Shown piece after piece: positions 26,031 through 35,969 of a stretch of 64,000 nt of DNA. The translations under genes were made by a program, and so were the position numbers. The notes under the pieces were generated by a model. It saw only the letters and a list, made by a program, of their open reading frames with translations, did no database searches and was not told where the DNA came from. This DNA comes from an uncultured Conexibacter sp. (GTDB lineage Bacteria; Actinomycetota; Thermoleophilia; Solirubrobacterales; 70-9), in NCBI GenBank assembly GCA_964497825.1, contig CAZCFA010000002.1, positions 7,510-71,509 of the forward strand. The letters are read 5' to 3'. Positions within the stretch are counted from its first letter, which is position 1. Every line of letters begins with the position of its first letter.

Positions 26031-26240
26031 CTAGTTCCCGCCGGTGAGGCGGCGGTAGCCGGCGAAGGGCTCGCCGCCGACCTCGAGGACGTCGGCGAGC
26101 GTGAAGGCGTGGTTGGCGTCGCCCTCGCAACGCGCCGGGCGAGCCTCGGCCTCGGGTACGAGGCGGGTGCCGTCGGCGAGCTCGAGCTCGAACAGGCGCT
26201 CGGGGGTGGTCACCGTGGTCGTCGTCGTTCCGTGTTCCAT
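26031..26240 (-). CDS. small hypothetical protein (69 aa)
   Basis: ATG 26240 inside track ORF 26031..26318 (MEHGTTTTTVTTPERLFELELADGTRLVPEAE...). gggag 3 nt upstream. High GC3 throughout. Confidence 0.5.
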   Translation of the reverse strand: MEHGTTTTTVTTPERLFELELADGTRLVPEAEARPARCEGDANHAFTLADVLEVGGEPFAGYRRLTGGN

Positions 26241-26443
26241 CTGCTCCCACATTAGCGGATGCTCACGCTGACATCGCCAGGAAACCGGGACGGCCTGGAC
26301 GAATGTTTGCAATCTCACACAAAAGCGGCCGCCACCGCCACGAACCGGGACCGCGCCGCGCCGCCGCGCGGCCGGCGTGGCGAACCGCGGGCGTCAGCGC
26401 CGACCGCGGGGCGGCCGTCACGGGGCCCCGTCCGCCAGGGCCG

Positions 26444-26953
26444 TCAGGCCTTGCCCTCGGCCTCGTACTCACGCAGGAAGCCCTCGAACTCGCGCATGTG
26501 GCCCTGCTCGTCGCGAAGGATCGCGATCACCATGTCCTCGGTCACCGGATCGACGTCGGCGGCGAACTCGATGATTTCGTTGTAGTAGGAGATCGCGCCC
26601 GCCTCGGCCGCGATAACGCCCTTGATCACGTGGGTGATGTCGGTCTGCTGCTTGGGCGGCTGCAGGAAGCTCTGCTCGGCGCTGAACGCGGTCGATCCGG
26701 GCACGACCCCGTAGAGCTCCTTGATCCGGGCCGCGAACTGCTGCGCGTGGCCGAGCTCCTCGGTGATGTCGGCGGCCAGCGACTCCTTGATCTCGGAAGC
26801 GCGCACCCCATCCGGGTTGACCGAGTTGGCGACGTAGCTCATCACCGTCTCGATCTCCATCCAGTAGGCCTTGGTCAGCATCGCAACGAGCTTCTCGCGG
26901 TCCGCTTGGTTCGCGTCGGCGAGGATGTCCTTCGAGCCTCGATCTGCCGCCAT
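26444..26953 (-). CDS. ferritin-like (four-helix-bundle di-iron) protein
   Basis: Track ORF. EIETVMSY..., EELGHAQQFAARI and RDEQGHMREFEGFL carry ExxH-type ligands typical of the ferritin/bacterioferritin-like superfamily. Confidence 0.7.
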   Translation of the reverse strand: MAADRGSKDILADANQADREKLVAMLTKAYWMEIETVMSYVANSVNPDGVRASEIKESLAADITEELGHAQQFAARIKELYGVVPGSTAFSAEQSFLQPPKQQTDITHVIKGVIAAEAGAISYYNEIIEFAADVDPVTEDMVIAILRDEQGHMREFEGFLREYEAEGKA

Positions 26954-27029
26954 CGTCTGCTACCTCCGTCGGTTCTGGTTGCTGTTTCGTGCGGCGCCGC
27001 CGTCGGGGACGCCCGCTAGAACGCTTTCT

Positions 27030-27926
27030 ATGGACGCTACCCGTCGCACCGCCGCCCTAACCGCTCGCGAGCATCGCGTCGCGCTCGGCGGCGCCGGCAC
27101 CCGCCTGATCGAGATCGAGGGCTCGGGACCGCCGCTGCTGTTGCTGCACGGCTACGCCGACAGCGCCGACACCTGGCGGCCGCTGCTGCGCGAGCTCGAG
27201 CGCGCCGGCCGCGCCGCGAGCGCCGTCGACCTGCGCGGCTTCGGCACCGCCGCGGCGCTCGATCGGGGCGCGATGCTGCCGCAGTGGGACGCGCTCGTCG
27301 CTGCCGCCGTCGAGCGCGCCGCCGACGACGGCGAGCAGGTGGTCGTCGTCGGCAACTCGCTCGGCGGCGCCCTGGCGCTTCGCGCCGCCGAGCGCGACGA
27401 CCTCCCGATCGCCGGGATCATCCCGATCGCGCCGGCGGGCCTGCACATGGCGCGCTGGTTCTCGGTGATCGAGAGCACCCAGCTCGTCAGGCTGCTGCGC
27501 TACTCGCCGCTGCCGATCCCCGAGGCGCTGGTGCGACCGATCGTCGCCCGCATCTACCGCGAGCTCGTCTTCCACGACCGCGCCGGCGCCGACCGCGACG
27601 TCGTCGATTCGTTCGTCGGCCACATCGGCACGCTCGAGCGCAGCACCGCCGTGCTCGAGATCGGCCGCCGGCTGCTGCCCGAGCTCGAGGACCCGTTCGA
27701 CCTCGGCCGGATCGACTGCCCGCTGCTGCTCGTCTGGGGCGAGCGCGACCGGATGGTCTACACCGACGGCGCCGAGCGCGTGCTGCGGACCGTCGACTAC
27801 TCCGACATCGAGGTGATCCCCGACTGCGGCCACTGCCCGCAGGTCGAGCGGCCCGAGCTGCTCGCCGAGCTCGTGCTCCGCTTCCCGCAGCCGACCGAGG
27901 ACGGGCGCCGGCGGATCGAGGCCTAG
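27030..27926 (+). CDS. alpha/beta-fold hydrolase
   Basis: ATG 27030 inside track ORF 26871..27926. LLLLHGYADS oxyanion region, nucleophile elbow GNSLGG, C-terminal DCGHCPQVE His. Confidence 0.85.
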   Translation: MDATRRTAALTAREHRVALGGAGTRLIEIEGSGPPLLLLHGYADSADTWRPLLRELERAGRAASAVDLRGFGTAAALDRGAMLPQWDALVAAAVERAADDGEQVVVVGNSLGGALALRAAERDDLPIAGIIPIAPAGLHMARWFSVIESTQLVRLLRYSPLPIPEALVRPIVARIYRELVFHDRAGADRDVVDSFVGHIGTLERSTAVLEIGRRLLPELEDPFDLGRIDCPLLLVWGERDRMVYTDGAERVLRTVDYSDIEVIPDCGHCPQVERPELLAELVLRFPQPTEDGRRRIEA

Positions 27927-30900
27927 GCCGAGGGCTCGGCGACGGCCGGCTCGCCCGCCTCCGCCGCGACCGTGCCGTCGCCCTCGACGTCGGCGTCGGC
28001 CGGCAGCGCGCCGCCGCGCTCGGTGCCGGCGATCAGCTCGTCCGGCTTCGGCTCGGCCGGGACGAAGCCCGACTTCATCCCGAAGTAGACCGCCTGCGGG
28101 TGGTGGGCGATGATCGCCACCGTCGACTGCTCGGGATCGACCGCGTAGCCGTCCGACAGCCGCATCCCGATCTCGTCGAGGCCGAGCAGGCGCCAGACCT
28201 TCTCGTGCTCGGACTGCTCCGGGCACGCCGGGTAGCCCCACGAGTAGCGGCGGCCCTGGCCGGCGTCGATGCCGAGCTCGGCGCGGACCTCGTGATGCAG
28301 CCACTCGGCCATCCCCTCGGCCGTCTGCACCCCGAGCCCGTGGGTGTAGAGCTGCTCAGCGAACTCGCCGTCGCGCTCGAGCTGCTCGATCCGCTTCGTC
28401 ACCTCGGACCCGGCGGTGACCCCCTGCAGCGCGACGACGTCGCGCTCGCCGGAATCGATCGGCCGGAAGAAGTCGGCGAGGCAGATCCGGTCGTGTCTGG
28501 GCTGGCGCGGGAAGACGAGCCGCTCGAGCTCGGCCTCGGGATCGTCGGGGTCGAAGATCACGAGCTCGTTGCCGTCGGCGTTGCAGGGGAAGAAGCCGAG
28601 CCGGGCCCGCGGCCGCAGGTAGTCCTGCTCGCGCCACATCCGCTCGAGCCGTGGCGCGAACCCCTCCTCCTCGCCGTCGCCCTCGACGATCCGGCGCCAC
28701 TGCTCGCCCTTCTTGCCGCGTCCCCCCCAGTGCAGCTTGAACAGCACGTGGCGGTCGAGGTAGGGGAAGACCTCGTCGAGATCGACCTCGACGTCGCGGA
28801 CGCCGAAGGTGCCCGGGGCCGGGATCGGGGTGTCGATGCGGACCGCGGAGCGGACGCTGTCGTCGTCGGTCGGCGGGCCGTCGTCGACCGCCTCGCCCTT
28901 CTCGCGCAGCGCCTTCGCCTCGGCCCGGATCCGCTCGACCAGCGCCGCGCGGGCGTCGCCGTCGACCAGCGCGTCGATCGTGTCGAGGCCGGCGAAGGCG
29001 TCCTTGCAGTAGAAGACGCCGGGCTCGTAGACGTCGTCCGAATCGCGTCCCCGCGGATACAGCGCGCGGCGGCCGAAGTCGCGGTTGATCGCGGCGCCGC
29101 CGATCAGCACCGGGAACCGGTGCCCGCGCTCGTGCAGCTCGCCGATGCAGGCGGGCATCTGCTTCGAGGTCGAGACGAGCAGCGCCGAGAGCCCGATCGC
29201 GTCGGCGTCGTGCTCGACCGCGGCGTCGATGATCCGCTCGACCGGGACCTGCTTGCCGAGGTCGATTACGCGATAGCCGTTGTTGGTGAGGATCGTGTTG
29301 ACCAGCGACTTGCCGATGTCGTGGACGTCGCCGAACACGGTCGCGATCACGACCGTCCCCTTCGAGTGGCCCTCGATCTTGTCGAGGTAGTTCTCGAGCT
29401 GGGCGACCGCCCGCTTCATCACCTCGGCCGACTGCAGCACGAACGGCAGGATCAGCTCGCCGGCCCCGAACTTGTCGCCGACCTCCTTCATCGCCGGCAG
29501 CAGCACCTCGTTCAGCGTCGGCACCGCGCCGATCTTCTCGACCGAGCGGTCGATCCAGTCCTCGACGCCGTCCTTCTTGCGGCGCAGGATCTGGAAGTGC
29601 AGCGCCTGCTCGGGCTCCATGCCCTCGGTCGCGTCCGCCGCCGCGGCCTCCTCCTGCTCCGGCCCCTTGCTCTCGAAGTGGGCGATGAACCGCTCGAGCG
29701 CGTCGCCGGTGCGGTCGAGGACGAGGTCGTCGGCGAGGTCGCGCTCGGCGGCGGCGATCTCGCCGTAGGGGGTGATGTGGTTGGGGTTGACCATCGCCAG
29801 GTCGAGGCCGGCCTCGACGCAGTGGTGGAGGAAGGTCGAGTTGAGGACGGCGCGGGCGCCGGGCGAGATCCCGAACGAGACGTTGGAGACGCCGAGCGAG
29901 GTCTTGACCCCCGGCAGCTCCGACTTGATCAGCCGGATCCCCTCGATCGTCGCCAGCGCCGACGGCTTCCACTCCTCCTCGCCGGTGGTCAGCGTGAACG
30001 TGAGCGCGTCGAAGATCAGCAGCTCGGGGTCGAACCCGTGCTCGCCGCAGGCGAGCCGGTGGATCTCGCGCGCGACCTCGAGCTTGCGCTCGGCCGTCTT
30101 CGCCATCCCCTCGGGATCGATCGTCAGCGCGATCAGCGCCGCGCCGTGCCTGATCGCCAGCGGCACGATCCGGTCGAGCTTCTCGCGCCCGGCCTCGAGG
30201 TTGATCGAGTTGACGATCGCCCGGCCCGGGATCCGCTCGAGCGCCGCCTCGATCACCTCGGGCTCGGTCGAATCGACCTGGATCGGCGCCGGCTGCGTGA
30301 GCGAGATCCGGCTCACGGTCTCGCCCATCTGCACGTCCTCGTCCTGGCGCTCGGTCAGCGCGACGCAGACGTCGAGCACGTGGGCGCCGCCGTTGACCTG
30401 GTCCTCGGCGACGGCGACGAGGCCGTCGTAGTCGTCGGCGAGCAGCAGCTCCTTCGCCCGCTTCGAGCCCTGCGAGTTGACCCGCTCGCCGACCAACGTC
30501 GGCGCCGGGCTCTGGACGAGGTCGACGGCGGTCATCATGCTCGCCAGCCGCGGCGGGCCGGGCGCCGGGCGCCGGGCCGGGACCAGGCCCTCGACCCGGG
30601 TGGCGATCGCGGCGATGTGCTCGGGCGTGGTCCCGCAGCAGCCGCCGACGATCGTCACCCCGTAGCGCTCGACGAACTCGCCGAGCGCGGCCGCGATCTG
30701 CTCCGGCGTCTCCGGGAAGATCGTCTCGCCGTCGGGGCCCTGCAGCGGCAGGCCCGCGTTGGGGATGCAGTGGACCGGCATCGGCGCGGTCTCGCCGAGG
30801 TAGCGGATCGCGTCGCGCATGTCCTCGGGCCCGGTCGAGCAGTTGAGCCCGACGATGTCGACCCCGAGGCCGCCGGCGATCGTCAGCACCGCCTCGATGT

Positions 30901-31516
30901 CGGTGCCGAGCAGCATCTTGCCGCCGTTCGGCAGCAGCGAGACCGAGACCTGGATCGGGACGCTGCGGCCGACCCGCTCGAACGCCTCGCGAGCGCCGGC
31001 GACCGCGGCGCGGACCTCGAGGATGTCCTGCGCGGTCTCGATGATCAGCAGGTCGGCGCCGCCCTCGATCAGGGCGCCGGCCTGCTCGTCGAAGACCTCG
31101 ACGAGCGCCGCGAAGCCGATCTCACCGAGCGTCGGGTCGTCGCTGGCGGGCAGGAACCCGGTCGGCCCGATCGAGCCGGCGACGAACCGCTCGGGGCCCG
31201 CCGCCTCGCGGGCGATCTCGGCCGCGCGGCGGTTGATCTCGACCGTGTGCTCGGCGAGCCCCCACTCGTCGAGCTTCAGGCGCGAGCCCTGGAACGAGTC
31301 GGTCTCGACCACCTGCGCGCCCGCCTCGAGCATCGAGCGGTGGACGCCGGCGATCACGTCGGGACGGTGCAGGACGAGCGCCTCGTGGCACTTGCCGGCG
31401 AGGCCGCCGTAGTCCTCGGCCGTGAGCTCGAAGCGCTCGAGCGTGGCGCCCATGCCGCCGTCGTAGACGATGATCCGCTCGCGGGCGGCGGCGAGGATGT
31501 CGCGCTCGGCGCTCAT
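27923..31516 (-). CDS. metH: cobalamin-dependent methionine synthase
   Basis: ATG 31516 inside track ORF 27923..31570 (MSAERDILAAARERIIVYDGGMG). Hcy-binding GGCCGTTPEHI, pterin-binding domain, B12-binding GDVHDIGK, AdoMet-activation RRYSWGYPACP. 1197 aa. Confidence 0.97.
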   Translation of the reverse strand: MSAERDILAAARERIIVYDGGMGATLERFELTAEDYGGLAGKCHEALVLHRPDVIAGVHRSMLEAGAQVVETDSFQGSRLKLDEWGLAEHTVEINRRAAEIAREAAGPERFVAGSIGPTGFLPASDDPTLGEIGFAALVEVFDEQAGALIEGGADLLIIETAQDILEVRAAVAGAREAFERVGRSVPIQVSVSLLPNGGKMLLGTDIEAVLTIAGGLGVDIVGLNCSTGPEDMRDAIRYLGETAPMPVHCIPNAGLPLQGPDGETIFPETPEQIAAALGEFVERYGVTIVGGCCGTTPEHIAAIATRVEGLVPARRPAPGPPRLASMMTAVDLVQSPAPTLVGERVNSQGSKRAKELLLADDYDGLVAVAEDQVNGGAHVLDVCVALTERQDEDVQMGETVSRISLTQPAPIQVDSTEPEVIEAALERIPGRAIVNSINLEAGREKLDRIVPLAIRHGAALIALTIDPEGMAKTAERKLEVAREIHRLACGEHGFDPELLIFDALTFTLTTGEEEWKPSALATIEGIRLIKSELPGVKTSLGVSNVSFGISPGARAVLNSTFLHHCVEAGLDLAMVNPNHITPYGEIAAAERDLADDLVLDRTGDALERFIAHFESKGPEQEEAAAADATEGMEPEQALHFQILRRKKDGVEDWIDRSVEKIGAVPTLNEVLLPAMKEVGDKFGAGELILPFVLQSAEVMKRAVAQLENYLDKIEGHSKGTVVIATVFGDVHDIGKSLVNTILTNNGYRVIDLGKQVPVERIIDAAVEHDADAIGLSALLVSTSKQMPACIGELHERGHRFPVLIGGAAINRDFGRRALYPRGRDSDDVYEPGVFYCKDAFAGLDTIDALVDGDARAALVERIRAEAKALREKGEAVDDGPPTDDDSVRSAVRIDTPIPAPGTFGVRDVEVDLDEVFPYLDRHVLFKLHWGGRGKKGEQWRRIVEGDGEEEGFAPRLERMWREQDYLRPRARLGFFPCNADGNELVIFDPDDPEAELERLVFPRQPRHDRICLADFFRPIDSGERDVVALQGVTAGSEVTKRIEQLERDGEFAEQLYTHGLGVQTAEGMAEWLHHEVRAELGIDAGQGRRYSWGYPACPEQSEHEKVWRLLGLDEIGMRLSDGYAVDPEQSTVAIIAHHPQAVYFGMKSGFVPAEPKPDELIAGTERGGALPADADVEGDGTVAAEAGEPAVAEPSA

Positions 31517-31539
31517 GCGTTGTGCTCCGTCGTCGTCAC

Positions 31540-31650
31540 GCCGGGCCTCCATCGGTCCCGGCTGTCGCACCGTGCTCGGCTCGGGAGCCTCACCGGTTGC
31601 GGCGGCCTCGGCGGTCCGGGTCCCTCAGCCGCTCTGGATGGTCGGGGCGC
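31540..31650 (-). promoter_or_regulatory. SAM riboswitch (S-box / SAM-I-like) in the metH leader
   Basis: Minus-strand read: gaCCATCCAGAGCGGCTGAGGGACCCGGACCGCCGAGGCCGCCGCAACCGGtgaggctcccgagccgagcacGGTGCGACAGCCGGGACCGATGGAGG. Matches the AUC.AGAG.GGC.GAGGGA..GG.CC...GA.GCC..GCAACC....GGUGC.A...CC.....GAUGGAG core with a P1 CCATC/GATGG. Ends ~30 nt before the metH ATG. Confidence 0.8.
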
Positions 31651-31673
31651 AAGGATAGCGAGCGTTCCCGGGC

Positions 31674-34034
31674 TCACCCGGCCGCGCCCTCGCGGGCCGG
31701 CTCCTCCCCGCCTCGCGGCCGCGGCCGCGAGGCCGGCTGCAGCCGCACCGGGGCCGCGCTCATCGCCCGCAGGCGCACGTCGGACCAGCTCATCCCCTCG
31801 CGCACCAGCGCCGTCAGGCCGAGCCCGACCGCGGTCGCGATCTCGACCGCCTGGAGGATCACGCCGTAGGCGAGCGCGTCGGCCGCGCCGACGCCGTAGC
31901 CGGTCGTCAGCACGCTGATCACCGCGAGCTGGAAGACGCCGATGTTGGATGGGGTCGCGGGCACGATCGCGGTGACGTTGACCGCGAACAGGACCGCGGC
32001 GGCGCCGCCGATCCCCATCTGCGCGTCGAGCCCCATCGCGACGCTGAGCGCGTAGCAGGCGGCGACCTGGATCGCCCAGGCGCCGAGCTGGCCGACGGCG
32101 GCGGCCGGACCGCGGCGCGGATCGCCGAACACCAGGAGCCCGCGGCGGACGCGGACGAGCGCGGCGCGGGCGGCGGCGACGATGCGGGCGAGGCGTCCCG
32201 AGCCGGAGCGGCGGACCAGAAGCGGGGCCGCGACGACGGCGACGAGCAGCAGCGCCGGCGCGGCGCTGACGACGAACAGGTGCTCGGAGCTGCGGTGGAA
32301 CAGGTCGTTGGTCGAGACGATGATCAGGCCGAGCAGGACCAGCGCGACGATGTTGAGCACGGTCTGGGAGACCAGCGTGCCGAGCAGCACCGGGAACGTC
32401 TCGCGGAAGCGGCCGATCCGGCGCGAGATGATCATCGCCCGCGCCGGCTCGCCGACGCGCGCCGGCAGCGTCGCCGACATCAGCACGCCGATCATCGTCG
32501 CCGAGGTGAAGTCGCGGCGCCGCAGCCGGGCCCGCGGCAGCGCCGCGCGGGCGATCATGAACCAGGCGCCGGCGCGGAAGAACATCGCCGCGCACATCAG
32601 CGCGAACGAGATCAGGATCCAGGCGAAGTTCGACCGCACGGCGCTCTCGACGACGCTGTCGAAGCCGATCCTGCGGGCGGCGAGCACGGTCAGCGCGATG
32701 CCGAGCACGCCGGCGGCGGCGAGCCCGAGGCGGCGGGCGGCGCGGCGGCGCCTCGAGCCGACCGCGATCGGCGCCGGGTCGGGCGAGGGCAGGCGCTCGG
32801 CCGCGACCCGCGGCAGCCCGTCGGCGGGCACGATCCCGAGCCGGCGGAAGGCGCGGGCGACGCGGTCGGCGGGCTGGGGAACGTGGATCGCGCGCTCGTA
32901 GACGCGCTCGATCCGCGTCGTCACCCGCTCCCAGCCGAAGCGCTCGGCGCTCGCCCGGGCGCGGGCGCCCATCTCGATCCGGCGCTCGGGCTCGAGCTGC
33001 ATCCGCTGCAGCTCCTCGGCGAGCCGTTGCGGGTCGCCGGGCGGGATCAGGACGCCGTCGACGCCGTCGCTGACGACGTCGGAGTAGCCGGCGATGTCGG
33101 AGGCGATCACCGGCGTGCCGGCGGCGAACGCCTCGGTCAGGACCATGCCGAAGCTCTCGCCCGACAGCGACGGCGCGCAGAGCACGTCGGCGGCGACGAG
33201 CTGCTGCCAGAGCTGCTCGCTGCTGACCCGGCCGAGCGCGTCGATCGAGCCGATCGTCTCCGGGTCGGCGAGCGAGCGCGAGACCTCGGCGGGCTCGGTG
33301 CCGATCACCGCCAGCCGCGCCGGCACCTGCTCGGCGAGCGCCTCGAACGCGCGCAGCAGCACCGGCAGGCCCTTGCGCTCCTCGGAGCGGCCGATGAACA
33401 GGACCCGCAGCTCGCTGCCGGGATGGTCGCCGTGGAGCCGCGCGACCGCCTCCGGCGGCGGCGCCGCCGCCAGGTCGACGCCGTTGGGAACGATCTCGTA
33501 GTTGCCGCCGAACCAGCGCAGCCCGGTCCACTCGGCCGCCTCGGAGACGGCGATCCGGGCGCTGAGCTGGTTGAACTTGCGGCGCGCGCCCATCAGCACC
33601 GCGGCGTTGTTGGGCGCCCACTTCGGCGCGTAGGCGTGGAACGTGCCGACGACCGGGGCACCGCGGAACGAGCAGGCGTCCCAGCCGATCACCGGCGCCG
33701 GCGGCTCGTGCACGTGGACGATGTCGAAGTCGCCGGCCCGCAGCGCCTCGCGCAGGCGGCTGACCCCGCTCGGGAACAGCGACAGGTTCGAGACCGCCCC
33801 GTTCGAGCCGATCCCGACCGTGCGACCGAGCGGCACGAGGTAATCGGGCAGGGCCCGCTCGCGCGGCGTGGCGCCACGGTGCAGCGTACGGCTGAGGCGA
33901 TCCGGCGGGTCCCATGGAGCGAGGACGCGGACCTGGTTTCCGCGGTCGATCAGATGCTCGGCGAGCGCCTGGACATGCCGGTTGACGCCCCCTTCGTACG
34001 TCCACGAGTAGGGACTGACGAGGGCGATGCGCAT
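31674..34034 (-). CDS. fusion protein: GT4 glycosyltransferase (PimA-like) + C-terminal lysyl-PG-synthase-TM / flippase-like membrane domain
   Basis: 786-aa track ORF. N-terminal MRIALVSPYSWTYEGGVNRHV and SGESFGMVLTEAFAAGTPVIAS (the E-x7-E region of GT4). The C-terminal ~340 aa form about 8 TM helices with Arg-rich loops, like the UPF0104/LPG_synthase_TM family. Confidence 0.85.
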   Translation of the reverse strand: MRIALVSPYSWTYEGGVNRHVQALAEHLIDRGNQVRVLAPWDPPDRLSRTLHRGATPRERALPDYLVPLGRTVGIGSNGAVSNLSLFPSGVSRLREALRAGDFDIVHVHEPPAPVIGWDACSFRGAPVVGTFHAYAPKWAPNNAAVLMGARRKFNQLSARIAVSEAAEWTGLRWFGGNYEIVPNGVDLAAAPPPEAVARLHGDHPGSELRVLFIGRSEERKGLPVLLRAFEALAEQVPARLAVIGTEPAEVSRSLADPETIGSIDALGRVSSEQLWQQLVAADVLCAPSLSGESFGMVLTEAFAAGTPVIASDIAGYSDVVSDGVDGVLIPPGDPQRLAEELQRMQLEPERRIEMGARARASAERFGWERVTTRIERVYERAIHVPQPADRVARAFRRLGIVPADGLPRVAAERLPSPDPAPIAVGSRRRRAARRLGLAAAGVLGIALTVLAARRIGFDSVVESAVRSNFAWILISFALMCAAMFFRAGAWFMIARAALPRARLRRRDFTSATMIGVLMSATLPARVGEPARAMIISRRIGRFRETFPVLLGTLVSQTVLNIVALVLLGLIIVSTNDLFHRSSEHLFVVSAAPALLLVAVVAAPLLVRRSGSGRLARIVAAARAALVRVRRGLLVFGDPRRGPAAAVGQLGAWAIQVAACYALSVAMGLDAQMGIGGAAAVLFAVNVTAIVPATPSNIGVFQLAVISVLTTGYGVGAADALAYGVILQAVEIATAVGLGLTALVREGMSWSDVRLRAMSAAPVRLQPASRPRPRGGEEPAREGAAG

Positions 34035-34046
34035 CGTTGTGGCACC

Positions 34047-35969
34047 TCAGCCTAGTTGATCGGGGCGGTCGTCAGCCCGCTCCCGGGTCGCCCAGGCGAG
34101 CCCGATGAACGCGGCGATGAAGCCGGTCCCGACCATCAGCACCTGCGCCGCCGAATCGTTGCCGACGGTGCCGGCGACGGTCGCCGCGATCGCGCCGGCG
34201 AGGCCGGCCCGGGCGGCGCGGTCGTCCGCCACCCAGGAGGCGATCCGGCGACGGCCGGCGATCGCCACCGCGATCGCGAGCAGCGCGGCGATGAAGTAGG
34301 CCGAGCCGGCGTAGTTGGGGAACGAGCGCAACGCCGCCTCGACGCGACGGGTGCCGACGTCCTCGAGGTCGCCGGCGCTGCCGGCGCCGAGCACCGACCG
34401 CGACAGGTGGGCGTCGCCGCCGGTCAGCAGGTCGATCGCCACGAGCAGCGCCAGCGCGGCGAGCGGCGCGGCGATCACCAGCGCCGCCCGCTTCGGCTCG
34501 AGCCGCAGGGCGACGATCACGGCAACCGCCCCGCCGGCCGTGAACGTGATCGCGGCGCCGACGTCGGCGCCGAGCCGGCCCGGCGCGAAGACGAGCACCG
34601 CCGCGATCGTCACCAGCGCGATCGCGGCGGCGATCCGGGCCGGCGGGGCGTTCGGCCGCAGCGAGCTCAGCCCGGCGCCGGCGCCGAGCATCAGCAGCGT
34701 GCCGATCGTCGCCTCGAGCTCGTTGCCGATGCCGAAGAAGCGGACCCCGAGCGCCGGGTTGGGGCCGATCACCGAGAGCGTCGTCAGCGGCGAGCCGGCG
34801 ACGACGTCGATCGCCTCGGCGACGATCGACAGCGCCGCCGCGGCCGCGAACGCCGCGTAGCCGGCGCGGGCCGGCAGCACGGCCCGCGCGGCGATCAGCA
34901 GCGCCGCGGCGCCCAGCGGAGCGCCGGCGCCGACCAGCAGCCGCTCAGCGGTCGCCGACGGCGCCAGCGCCGCGGTCGCCAGCAGCAACGCCGGCACCAG
35001 CGCCGCCGCGACCGCCAGCAGCGGCAGCGCGACCCGCGCCCCCGGCCGGCGCCAGATCGCGGTCCCCAGCAGCGCCAGGCCGACCCAGATCATCAGGTTG
35101 ACCCCGAGCACCGCCGATCGCCGGTCGCGGACGACGAGCAGGCGATCGCCGCGGTCGGCGACCGCGGCGGCGTCGGCGGCGGCGCCGCTGGTCTCGATCG
35201 CGCGGCCGCTGACCTGCTCGCCGGGGATCGCGATCCCGAAGCGGTCGAGGATCGTCGGCAGCAGGTCGGTGGCGATCACGTAGCCGCGCATCCGCGTCGA
35301 CGCCGAGGTCAAATCGCCCCGCTCGAACCCGGCGCCGAGGACCCCGATCGCGAGCAGCTCGCCGTCGGCCGGCGGCCGTTCGATCGCGATCAGCAGATCG
35401 TCGCCGCCGACCCGTGCCGCGAGCGCCGCGAGGCCGCCGAGGTCGGTGCTGACGACGGTGAGGCCCGGACACGAGCCCGGCTCGCAGTCGCGGACGCGGC
35501 CGATCCGGCCGCGACGGTCGACCGCGATCAGCGCCGCCGATCCGGTCGCCGCGGCGACCGCGACCGGCACGCCGCCGGCGCGCAGGGTCGAGGCGAGCAG
35601 GCCCGGGACGATCTCGGCGGGGGCATCGGCCGCGCGCGCGACGACCTGCCGCCAGATCGGCCCGGGAACGCGGTCGCCGGCGACCCGGAGCGGCGGCAGC
35701 TCATCCGGGTAGAGGCTCTGCGCGAGCCGGTTCCCCTGGCTGATGTCGAGGTAGCTCTGGCCGGCCGGTACCTCGCCGATGCCGGCGCCGAGCAGGCCTG
35801 GAGCGATCCCGGGGACGGCGCCGGCGATCGCCTCGACGCCGGTGCCGGGCGGCAGCATCGCGATCGTCACCCGCGGAGCCCCGGCCGCGGGCCCGCTGTC
35901 GGCCGCCGCCGTCGCCGGGGCCAGCAGGGCGAGCGCTAGCATCGCGGTGATGGCCGAGCGGACGTTCAT
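34047..35969 (-). CDS. large polytopic membrane protein with N-terminal exported domain (possibly alkaline-phosphatase-superfamily-like)
   Basis: ATG 35969 inside track ORF 34047..36206 (MNVRSAITAMLALALLAPATAAA signal). ~300-aa soluble domain with YVIATDLLPTILDRFGIAIP, reminiscent of the ..D(L/I)xPTILxLLGI.. motif of sulfatase/LtaS-type enzymes. Then about 10 TM helices. The product call is tentative. Confidence 0.7.
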   Translation of the reverse strand: MNVRSAITAMLALALLAPATAAADSGPAAGAPRVTIAMLPPGTGVEAIAGAVPGIAPGLLGAGIGEVPAGQSYLDISQGNRLAQSLYPDELPPLRVAGDRVPGPIWRQVVARAADAPAEIVPGLLASTLRAGGVPVAVAAATGSAALIAVDRRGRIGRVRDCEPGSCPGLTVVSTDLGGLAALAARVGGDDLLIAIERPPADGELLAIGVLGAGFERGDLTSASTRMRGYVIATDLLPTILDRFGIAIPGEQVSGRAIETSGAAADAAAVADRGDRLLVVRDRRSAVLGVNLMIWVGLALLGTAIWRRPGARVALPLLAVAAALVPALLLATAALAPSATAERLLVGAGAPLGAAALLIAARAVLPARAGYAAFAAAAALSIVAEAIDVVAGSPLTTLSVIGPNPALGVRFFGIGNELEATIGTLLMLGAGAGLSSLRPNAPPARIAAAIALVTIAAVLVFAPGRLGADVGAAITFTAGGAVAVIVALRLEPKRAALVIAAPLAALALLVAIDLLTGGDAHLSRSVLGAGSAGDLEDVGTRRVEAALRSFPNYAGSAYFIAALLAIAVAIAGRRRIASWVADDRAARAGLAGAIAATVAGTVGNDSAAQVLMVGTGFIAAFIGLAWATRERADDRPDQLG

